A DNA stretch of 64,000 bases from Chlorokybus atmophyticus (lineage: Eukaryota > Plantae > Mesostigma and Chlorokybus algae). The translations under genes were made by a program, and so were the position numbers. This document shows, piece by piece, positions 1-10,893 of this stretch. The stretch covers positions 548,015 to 612,014 of the forward strand of contig RHPI01000008.1 of assembly GCA_009103225.1 (NCBI GenBank), written 5' to 3'. Each line of letters begins with the position of its first letter. The stretch's first letter is position 1. The notes under the pieces were generated by a model that saw nothing but the letters and a program-made list of their open reading frames with translations, was not told where the DNA came from and ran no database searches.

Positions 1-908
1 ACAGTGTTGCAAGTCACAAGAGCCCAGGCACCTTAGATTAACACTGTACAGCTATTACCAGCTGGATAGGCTACAGTTATCTTTTAACGGTGAGCGCACG
101 CCATGGTTGCAGGCCAAGCCCACATGGCAGGTAGCATAGCATAGTCATAAGTAGTGTATGGCGCGACCTGAGGTGGTTGAGGGCAGACAGGGTGCTGGAG
201 TCAGCATTCTAGCACAGCAAGGTGGGAGGTTGGAAGGAGGGGCCTCAACAAGCCATTTTGCACATACACCCTATGCATGCGGACTACCTAGCATACTATC
301 TCTTGTACACCTTGTGCATGCCGCTAGTTGTGCCGTAGATCTTTATACACACCGACAGAAGAATTGCACGCTGCAGAAGAGTTGCAGTGCACATATCTTG
401 CACGCACTTGCTTGTGTCTCAAGCACTTGCGGGCTGACATTGACTGATTGCGTCCTGCTGCGCTACAAGTTATAACAATGGATGGAACTCGAATAGCTTG
501 TTGTTGAAGGTGTAAGCTGCCTCATTTGATCTTGCAGTATGGTGCAATGGTTCATGTTGTGTCCAAAATATTGACCTTGTGCAAATGCAGTCACTGAGGT
601 CTTCGTGATTTATGTATGTACACAAGTACATGGTCTACAAGACAAGCTGAGAGAAAGTGCTTCGTGTAGTATAAGTTCGTATGCTGTTGGACAAACACTC
701 ATTGCAGGGCATTTTCGGTTCAGGGCAGCGCTAGCTAGCCTAGATTGTGGTACACACCGTGCACTACTCAACCGCAGCCACTGCAGGCGCTCTAGAGCTG
801 CATATGTTTCAAACCACGGCATGCAGTTGGCACGGGTCTTGCGTCAGTGAAGACAAGCCGCGGACTGGACCCGACAAGCACACAAAGCAAGCCTTGTGAA
901 CAACACCG

Positions 909-2790
909 CTATCGCAACGCAGGCATCCCACGCATGTGCATATTACGGGAACTCTATAGCCTGAACGTCGTGTTCTTTCTCATCACTCAAGTCGGCAGCC
1001 TCAGGAAACAACGTAAACTCGCCGTCGCTCCAGCGCGCTTCGGGTACTATAATTGACGTGGCCATCTCAATCCCAAACAACCTCTGCAGACACCACAACC
1101 AGAGTCATGATGGGCACAGCAATGCACCGCAAACCCTCCGCCAGAGGAAGTTTAATGCACAGCCCCTTGTTGATCACAACAGCGCGGCAATAGTATCAAC
1201 TCACCAGCAACTTGGCAGCCTCTGGCGACAACGGCTGGCCCTCTCGACACACCGTGTAATCCGATACCAACTCCACAACTCCTGCGAGTGCACGCAATGT
1301 GTTACACAAAGTGCTTCAAGCCTGGATGCGTGCGCATGCCCACATCCGAGAAGGCTGTCAACCGGTAAATGAGGAGTAAAATGGCATGAAGTGGGTGCAT
1401 GCCTTTGTTCAGTCGCGTCGGCAACCCCTGTTGCCGCAAAAAAGCTTCCTGATCGTGCGCAAACATATCGAGCGAGCCTGCTGGATACTCAATCTGTAAC
1501 AGGGGCAAACCCAACGCACAATCAATAACCAATGTACATACAACAATCACGATCTATACCCTATGCAAACAAGGCTTAGCTAACACAGCAGGAGCCCTCC
1601 CATTACCGCACCGTTTCTCTTGCAATGAAACCGGGACGCGCAAACTCGCTTGCTTCAAAATTGTGAAACACGGTCCTGACCTCCTCTTCCGGAAGGTTTG
1701 TGAAGAACAGCCCTCGGTTGCCCACAACCCTCTGCGCCAAGTCACAAACGGCAAACCCACAAGGTTGAGCAAACAGTAAACCTATGGTAGTACTACGTAC
1801 TAGGAGAGCAAGCCACCCACCTCACTGGCTTTATGTAGGCTGGGTTGTGGCTCGTCCGCTGGGGACCGCCCCAATGCAATTTGCAAGACCTTGTTTGAAC
1901 CGAGGAAAAACCTGCGGCCATGGGATTGAATGAGTAACAACCGCCACAACCACCGCCATTAATACCACCACCACACCAACAACAACAAGCACAGGCCTAG
2001 GGCTCAGCTTGAAGTTTCCTTCTAACTCATTTTTGGGTTCCTACCTTGAAGAAGCAGAAAGTTTGTCGCGAAGCTCCTTCAGCTTGATATTGCGAAGGTT
2101 TCCGAAACGAATTATGTACAAGGACTTGTAGGAGTCCAGACACTCCCGTACTCTGCTCACCAGAGTTTCTTTGCGCTCCCGCCCCTTCTTCTTCGTGTGC
2201 GATAATGTCACTGTTTGCCCATGCGTCATGTGTCAACTCATGCCACGGACACACACAAGCAAGTGATGGAAAATTCAAAATAGCAACGTGGCATTGTGAT
2301 AACAGCTAAGTTCGTGAACGTTACAGCAAACAGCGGGGTAGCGGCTAGTGGTGAATGTCAAAATGTGCATGCGTGTATGATGCACCAATCGCAACTGTTT
2401 CAGAAGTGCATACATGAGTGCATGCACTGTGTACGTGGCAAATAAACTTCTAGGGACAGCGCTTTGGCAAGTGTATAAACCGGAAATACTCTGGAGCTGC
2501 GGACGGACAAAGTGGCAGTACAGAGCGCACAACCGCAGCAAGGTGCTGTGTGCCGTGTGATGAGAAAACTAAAAAGCTTGCTTTGTTGGCAACTTGTTGT
2601 CCACTCATTCAAATTTTGTTGTGTTACAACATCCGGCTGAACTTGACAAACAATGCATTCATATGGTAGCATGCAACTGCTGTCTGAGCTGCAATTCGTT
2701 GCAATTGCGCTCGCAGAAGGCAAGAACATGGTAGGCAAACTCAAGTGCAGCTGTGCACTTACCAACTTTATTGCGCTTTGACTTAGGCAT
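909..2790 (-). CDS. MRT4: mRNA turnover 4 / ribosome assembly factor Mrt4 (uL10-like), multi-exon
   Basis: Exon 1 MPKSKRNKV|gtaag (ATG 2790). Later exons VTLSHTKKKGRERKETLVSRVRECLDSYKSLYIIRFGNLRNIKLKELRD, GNRGLFFTNLPEEEVRTVF, EAFLRQQGLPTRLNKG, GVVELVSDYTVCREGQPLSPEAA and RLFGIEMA...RWSDGEF; stop TAG at 909. All are typical Mrt4 motifs. Confidence 0.92.
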
Positions 2791-4356
2791 GGCGCCAGCA
2801 GAGCAAAACTACAAGCACACAGCAAGCGGCAGCAGCTGCAACCCCACTGCAGGAATTGGCGACAATAAATGCTCAGCCTGGACTGGAGTTGGCGCCCACC
2901 CCCCACAGCTGCAGGACTAGACACCACACTCTGCTCCCTCTCCTTTACCTCCTGCTCCTCCTCCAAGCACACAGTCCGCCTCTAACAAGCTACTACTCTC
3001 TCCGCGCGCCACGCCAAACTGTGGCCGTCTCTCCGCAGTTGGCGGCGGCGGCAGCGGCGGCGGCGGCGGTCACTGTCAGCCTACTGCGAGTAAGGCTATG
3101 CTGCTTCAGGACATGTCAATAGCAAGTCAGAGGTGCCTTTGCCTGTGGCAATAGCGGAGGCAAATCGCTAGAGGTATGCCATGAATTGAACAGAATCAGT
3201 CAACACAGCCTGTGATGACTAATGCATACGTTGTGATGACAGGCAATAACTCACAGCCTTTCATGGAGTGAGATGAGTTATCACGTAGGTTGTCACTCAA
3301 CATATGATAATTTATCTTTGATTGTAACATAAAATTATCTCAATGTAAACCCGCCATTTACGGAAGACTCTGACGCTATGCGCGTTTATTAATCTCATTG
3401 TAAGTTCTATCTTCACAACAATATGGCAATTATTACTTTGCCAATATTCTCGGCAAGTGCATCAAACCAACGAAACCGCTTAGCCATGATAAGCGCTGCA
3501 GAATGTATGTTCGAGCTTGAGCTCGAGGTCTTGCAATGTGGGTAAGTGGATACAAACTGTGGGTACTGAGTAAATACGCAGGCTTGAAATCACGTAAGCA
3601 TAAATGCACAAAACTTTTGATGTATACACCATGACTCTTGTGGCCATGCAATAGCTCAAAATCGTAGAACTGCAAGCATAAATTAATCACTATATATCCG
3701 ACTCCAACTTAACTGAATTTAGCTTTTTATTGACCGTACGCAACATGGCTTGGAGTTTCTCAAATTCTTTATAAATTAATCTACAAAAGCCATTCTTAAA
3801 TGTTATGATAAGTGGAGGTGTTGAACTTTGCAAGATGCACGCTCAAAAGGCTAAACCGACCGGCGAGCACATCAGAAAGCAAATAAGTTACAATATGTGC
3901 ATTTGATGGTAGAAAACGTGCATTGCCTTAAAACACTCGCAATCATCGCATTGTTACTTTTGCTTTGTCACATACGGCTACAAAGCTAAACAGCTCTCAG
4001 CACTCGGTATTCTTTGCATACATGCTAACCAATGCGGCTTGTTTATCTGCTGAAGCTTTTGTCTCAACATATGAGACAAGTACCCGTACCCGTACCTGTA
4101 CCCGTACCCCTACCCTTATGTCCTTTGCATACACACAACCATTGCCTTTGACTATGTAAATGCCTATTGACTCCTGAAGTCAGTCACGATTGCAAGCATG
4201 CTATTGTATTTCTGTCCGTAGACATGTAGAATGTTTGTCAAGGCGTTAACCCACCTTCACAATTTAACCCAGCATGAGTTGCTGCCAAACACTTGAGCGA
4301 ACTAGTCAACAACCACCTAAGCTGCACGTGGGCTGAGAGTTGCGATCTTGCCTTGA

Positions 4357-5158
4357 TCATTGCGTGGCTTTTGCTTGTTGAGCATCCAAATCCTGTTGCA
4401 GTGCTTGCTTGTATTCCAGCGTCTCTTTGTAGTCGATAGCTCCATAATTGTACACCCTGCTGGCAACAAAACCCACACCCACCTGCACCGGCATGGGTAC
4501 ACATCAGCAAGCCAACCATGCATGAGTGCATGACACCTAGATGTTGCCCTTGTCCATGTCCAATGTGGTGTTGAGACATGAGTGCAACTTCCAAAACACA
4601 TTTTAAGCAATGTCCCTCTTAATCCTGTTTGACCAACGGCATGCATTCATGTGTGCTGCTTGCTTACCGTCAACAGTGTAATCCCTATGACAAAGTATCT
4701 GCTCGCAGTGCCAAGCCAGTTCCATTGATCCCCTTCCCAGAAATCCTGACTGCCCGGTTCTCTTGCGCTAGTAGCTGGTGATGGCATCTCAGAGTTGACG
4801 GATTGTTCTTGCGCTTCAATCACTGCGCCATTGCGTGCCTTGCGCTTGTTTTTACTCTGCTTGCCAGCAACAACCTACCAAGCACATAATAGCTTTTGCG
4901 ACTTGCAGCTTGCAACCTATGATGAAAACTGCAATCTACTGACGCAAGAAACCGCTGGACAAAGCAACAGCAACATGCAACAGCTCTAACCTGCAGTCGA
5001 AATGCTGGTGTGCATTGAACGCGGCACGCCCGGTTCGCGCCACCTCGCAGCGTCCTCAAGCTTGGCGTGAAGCTGCAGCTGGCCTCGTCTCCTCCCCGCA
5101 GCGGCAGCGCCGCAGAGGACACCGACGCCACCGACACCGACGCCATTGCCACCGCCAT
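4357..5158 (-). CDS. Small, probably plastid-targeted, single-TM conserved green-lineage protein of unknown function (3 exons)
   Basis: Exon 1 is Ser/Ala/Arg-rich and transit-peptide-like (MAVAMASVSVASVSSAALPLRGG...AFRLQ|gt). Exon 2 ...DFWEGDQWNWLGTASRYFVIGITLLT|gt. Exon 3 VGFVASRVYNYGAIDYKETLEYKQALQQ...TGA. The FWEG-x-W / TM / YNxGAxD(F/Y)KET pattern resembles an uncharacterised plant chloroplast protein family (recognised from memory). Confidence 0.6.
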
Positions 5159-5296
5159 AGCCAACCCTAAACACAAGCTTGAACACAGCGCGACTCTCAC
5201 TACCGCGTACGTCGCTGCCACACCACGGTATGCCGCTGCCCAACAGAGCAGCGGCAGTACTTTCAGTTTAGGGTTGGCGATGGCGATGGCGATGGC
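5142..5296. repeat. 31-bp inverted repeat (28/31 match) with an ATG and one TTTAGGG unit in each arm
   Basis: 5142-5172 gccattgccaccgccatagccaaccctaaac versus reverse complement of 5266-5296 gccatcgccatcgccatcgccaaccctaaac. A 9-bp-stem hairpin lies inside at 5231-5256. Confidence 0.9.
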
Positions 5297-5928
5297 CCCT
5301 CATTGCGCGGCCGCGTCACTTTGTGGCCTATGTACACACAAACTGACGTCAGCATCGACGTACGACACTCATCGCGCGCTTCAGCGCTTGATCGAACGGC
5401 ACAGGAAGGATTTGCGGTACCGTGTCAGCAGAAGGGAAAACGGTCCGTCATCCGTAGCCAACTTGATATATCCGGTCGAAGGGGCAAAATCCGAGTTGGC
5501 GAGCAATCCACATCAATGGCAGCGCGCCGAAAACCGTGAAACGTACAGAGATCCCCGGGGAAATATCGCCAAATTTCCGCAATTCCTCGATTATCCAAGA
5601 GCAGAACCGTGCTAGCGGTTTCGGCGATTTTGCTACCCAAATGCGGTAAACTATGCAGTAAAGCCGCGCAACGTTTTGATAGGTTTTTGAGGCCCCAGCA
5701 GATGCAGTGTTTTCAAAACGTGGCAGCGAGCAGCGGCGGCGGCAGTTAAGGCGGCGGTGGTGGTGGCGAGTCTGTGTCTCTGTGGCCGTGGCGTCGTTGC
5801 AGTCTTGGGCGTGTAAGAAGGTCGTTTGTGAGAAGGCGAGATCGGTGCTCTCCCGTGTTGGTTGCTGTCGCGAGCGGCGCTCGTGCAATTCTGCTGCAGT
5901 TGCTGTTGAAGTTTGTAGCTGCGGCAGC

Positions 5929-7980
5929 ATGGATGACAAGCGGCAGGCTGTCGGGGAGCAGGTCCGTCAAAGCTTCTTGTATGACTGTGTGTTCTGCTCA
6001 AGCTCGAATGAAGTGCTGTTGGTTGCTAGCCTTGCCTCATTGCGCTCGTACTATAGCATGATGGCCATGCTGCTGGTTCATGTTACAGAGCGTGGGCTCA
6101 TGCATGCCACAACGGCGTTTTAATAACAAAACTGCCATGATTGTGCATGCCACAACATGGCCACTGATATTAACCCTGTCATGTTGCTTGCAGGAGCGGG
6201 AATCATCAATTCAGCTGGACGAGTTACCTGACGAGCTGCTGATCCGTGTGTTCTGCTTTGCGGGGGCGGAGGACGTCACCGCTTGTGCGGCGGTTTGCAG
6301 GCGCTGGCGAGCCCTGACCCATGAGCCAACGATATGGCGTTCTATGTGTCACCGCGAATACGGTTGTTCTGCCGAGCATCCTTCCTTGTCATGGGCTGAC
6401 CATTACAAGCAGGTAGGTGGCACAGCAACAGCTTGATTGTGCACGCATGTCTGTGAGGTCGAGTTCGTATCTTCTGCTGTTCTGTTGCATGCTATGCGTG
6501 ATGTTGAATCGTGTTGTGATATGCAGGTTCGCCTGTGCTTTGCTGAAGGCTGCCATAAGAACGATTCTGGTCACATGGTTGCGAGCATCATACGGCAAAT
6601 GAGGATGATGCAAGCAGATGGCCGGAATGCATTGTCAGTGTTAGAGCATGCTGAGGAGGCTAGCTTAGGAGTTGTGACCAAGAAGGTTGGCACTGCAGAA
6701 GACACAGCATTGCACATTGCCGCAGACAGGTATTGCGCCTGGCAGTGCATGTGTAATTGACCTTACGCAGTGTGATCTTTGCATTTTTGCGTCGTGTGAG
6801 TATGTGCCACAGCGAGCATGGCTGAAGTTTTTTGTCCTTCTCTCTTCTTCATTAGGGGCTTTGTGGAGGCTGTGCAGTGGTTGCTGGCTCACACAGCAGA
6901 CGTCAACGCGGCCAGCGCTGACGGAAATAGGCCTATTCACTATGCCGCACGGCGAGGCCACCTCACAACTGCCAAGTTGTTGCTGGATGCGGGTGGTGAT
7001 GCCGACTGTGCCAATCAGCTGGGGGCCACGCCTCTTTTTGGTGCTGTGGTGGTTGGCGATCTTGAACTGATGGAGATGCTGGTTGCCCATGGTGCCAATG
7101 TAAACAGGTGGGTTGGCTCAACACAACTGTGCTGTGTAGTGTTTGCAAGTGCAGATTGCCTGTGTGGGCGCGGAGAGCCTGACAGCAGCTCTGTTTTGCC
7201 AGTGCCAATAACTTGGGCGAGACCCCTCTGTTCATTGCGACATGGATCGGCCCTCTGAGGTCTTTGGAGTGGCTGCTACAGCATGGTGCCAACGCCAATC
7301 TGGCCGACCACAGCGGCATCTCACCATTGCACAAAGCCTGCTTACTTGGCGATGTTGCTAGTGTGCGGCTGCTGTTAGAGTATGGCGCGGATGTTGAGCA
7401 GGTACAGGCAGTATCTTTATTGTAAGTCTGATTCACTTCCATGTGTTAGGGATTGGGGGTTGGCAGCTTGTGCAGCACCTTACATGCTTTTCTGCATGTG
7501 CAGGTGACGGTCAGTGGCAGGCGCGCTGTACATTTTGTCTCGGCGTCAGGCAACTGCGAGATACTGCACCTGTTGCTTCAGCATGGCGCCAGCATCCGCA
7601 TACGGGACCGGGCTGGAAACACTCCTCTCCATGTTGCCGCTGGAAAGGGCCGTCTTGAGATGGTGAGGGCGCTGGTAGCAGCAGGGGCGGACTGTACAGC
7701 ACGAAACATCGATAGGTGAGAGTTTTTGCATCTGTCCGACGTCGGCTTGATGAAACCACACAAGTTCTGCAGCAACCTTGTGTGCCGTCCTGGTGATAGA
7801 GTGTGTCTCATGGCTATTACTATGTGCAGGTACACTCCAGCTGAGCAGGCTTGGATGCGTTCTGAGGTTGCTACAGCCGCGTGGTTAAATGGTAAAGATC
7901 CCAGTGCAAGAGTCATGACGCGGTTTCCGCGCTCTCCTTGCACTCTGCGACCACTTATTCCTGCAGTGTCAGCCGTGTAG
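5929..7980 (+). CDS. N-terminal F-box plus ankyrin-repeat protein, multi-exon
   Basis: F-box LDELPDELLIRVFCFAGAEDVTACAAVCRRWRAL. Several ankyrin repeats follow (TALHIAA, RPIHYAARRGHL, TPLFGAVVVGDL, TPLFIATW, SPLHKACLLGDV, TPLHVAAGKGRL), joined by GT-AG introns. Last exon ends TAG at 7980. Confidence 0.82.
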
Positions 7981-10893
7981 GTAGAGCTACCAGAGTGTAC
8001 AGTGCCCTAATTTGTTCATTGGCTGTTTTGTGTTCAGACGATTGCATAAAAGTTGCTTTAAAGCGGTTGATTATCCCTGGTCACCTTTGTCCTTGTAGCA
8101 TGTCACTTCACGCGCTCATCTCAACGAGCGAGCTAGGTCAGAAATGCAATGAGTTTGTCCATTGGCACAAACAACTTGTCAAGACAACATGTGTAAGCAC
8201 GTTTGTCTTAAGATTAGGGTTAACCCCAAGGCAAACAGCACAACACAGCAGATGTTTAGGCGGGGGCCAAGATATAGTGCTAACACTACACTACCTGCAT
8301 GACACACCCTAGAACACTGAGCACACTACACCCTCAAGCTGCATCAGCAGCACAATGAAGTGCAACCATGCGTGAAGCGCACGGATGCGGTTAAAGGAGA
8401 GGTGAGTGGCGAGATCTTTGCAGGTTTCAACATGTAGGACTCTGACGGTGATAACAATTGCTTGAACGCAACATGTGCATAAACAACTTTCTTGTGTAAG
8501 ACATCATCTACGTAATTGAAGTGGTCAATTGCAGGATACATGCAGTGTTGTCAACCATAGTTAACAGAAACAAAGTGGTCAAGTAAGTAATGGCATCCAT
8601 CAGACGTTATGACATAACAAAGTGGATCTTACACTAGGCGGGGCCAGCCCTTCAAGACTGGCGCTACCACTGCACTGATGCAATTGCAACAGCTCAGCAA
8701 CACATGCATGTTGCCATAGTACCATACCCTTTATACACACAGGAGGGCAATAGAGGTAGGGTGAGAAGTAGTTAGTAGGTAGAATGTAGGCGCCTTTTGC
8801 TTCGGTGATCGATTTGGTGAGTGTTTTTGTGGTGTTAGTAACATTGCATGTGCACATAGGTTTGCATGTGTGAATGCCCTCTTGCATGTTTTGTACACAT
8901 CCCACCCGCCACGCCTTGCCTTGCTGTCGCTGCTACATTGCTACTGTCGTTGAAGTCCTGGTCCCACTGGCTCTAATTACCGGCAGCTGTAGCTACAGGT
9001 TTGTACACGGTTGCTTTGCCATCCTGCCCTGCTGCCTCGCCCATCCCTCCGCCCCACTCACATGCACTTAGTTGGCACATAGTTAGCTTTTAAGCCCCTA
9101 GTGGAATAAAAGTCATACCCCCTGCATGTGCCTTGCTGCTGTGCCCTATGCCATGCACCTGCCCCTCAGATAAGCCTATATGCATTTGCCTAATGTGTTC
9201 GTGCGGTTAGTCAATGCAACTTGTCTTGAGTGTGCCACTCATGTTGCAACATGCATTTCTGCGAGCGTCACCATACATGGTATCGTTCAACACACATCCG
9301 CCGTCACCTGGTATATGCTTGATCACCGAATTCCACCATCCTACCATTTACATATCTTCTACGCCAAATCACTTCAATTATTGAATCATATTGGACATGC
9401 ACGCATGAACTGTGCGTACTTGTGCAATGGTGAGGTGTAAATAAGAGCCAAGCAACGTATGTGTGCTTATGCAACATGCATTGACTCGCATTCCAGGCCA
9501 CACACGCAGTTTGTCTACATGTACACAACATCAAATCCGAGCTAGTTAATCGATCGCACATATTGCTGGAGTTGTATGTCATCATATAAAGGAAGCCATT
9601 ATTGGTACCATCATGATGTGTTGCATCATGCATTTGAAACATGCAGCTTGTACGAGAGATGCTGAAGAAACATGCGGGGCGGTATATTCAGCATGGTATT
9701 TAAACTTTAAAAGTTAAATACGATCGACATACGATTACTAATCATTCATTTTTCATCACACAGCTAACTCAATGATATTACTCACACATCATCAGACAAG
9801 CTTCTCAAAGCTTGTGCAAATACTGACCTCCCTACAAGTTTCTGATGGAGAGTAAGGTGGGTTTAGCTCATGGGCCACGATTGGTGACTCTTGTGCAAGC
9901 GACATTTGTGGGGTCTTACATTGACACCTAGTCCTGTTGAGGGCAGACTGCAACTTGTTACGTAACGTACGGCCTTGGATCTGTCCATTCGTCACCGCTT
10001 ACGTAACAACACGCAGTGCCGAATGCGTAAGCGCCACGCGTACAAACAGCAGCAGCCGGACGTACGCTCGGGGTGTGCATGCGGCGGCACTGTCGTCGAT
10101 GCTGTGGTTGTCATCGTGGCGGGCGATAGTGGTTGTGGGCAGCCAAAGGCCGTCCGTGCAGCGTAGTGCATACAAGCCTGAGCGGAGATCCATTGGCAAA
10201 AGCCGCAGCTGGCATTGTGATTGTGTCGGTGCAGCAGCAGCCACGACAATGCTGTCGCCGCCGAGAACCTGTGGCTCATGTCTGCGCCGCTTCTGCTGAA
10301 GCGTCTTGCGGGCGGAGGCCGCAGAACTGCCGCGCGTGCGAGGACCGCCATTGCTCGACGCCGGCGACAACAGCTGCCCCGTGGCTCTGAAAGGTGTGCT
10401 TTGGCTTTAGTGAACGGCAATGCACGGTTGATCTCCGCACAGCTGCACTTAGACAGTTGGTTTCTAGCCAAGCTGTTACCGAAGCGAAGCATAAAGTTCT
10501 GGGAAAGTCCTGGAAGATTGTTGTAGTTTCACACGCAGTTAGAGCTGCAGTTCAGCACACTTCTACATTAAGTTGCACGCACATGGGCGCTGCAGCACAG
10601 GCCTGTCAGTGCAGCTTCGCTTAGCAGAATGCATTTACTCAAGGGAAAAAAGTTTGCAAGCAACTATGTGCAACAATGCAATAGCAACCAGGATACTCTG
10701 TTTGGCACACAATCTCGCAAAATCATACCAACCTACTATCAGAGCAGGTGGCAAGCGGATGCTTGGTCTCAGTGGTAGCACATCAGATTGGATCACAACA
10801 GCAGCTTGGTTAAGCTTCTGACTGTCACAGCTGCCAGAGCCACTGGCCCAGGAGGCATAGTCTGACAGGTGCTGGTCCTCTGAATATTGCAGG

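Noticed and set aside
2400-3122. 190-aa and 88-aa ORFs upstream of or overlapping the MRT4 start
   Set aside because: Low-complexity translations of intron and 5' region; no domain signal.
8210-8230. ttagggttaaccc as interstitial telomeric repeat
   Set aside because: Single unit only; isolated TTAGGG-type words also occur at 5267 and 32934 without arrays.
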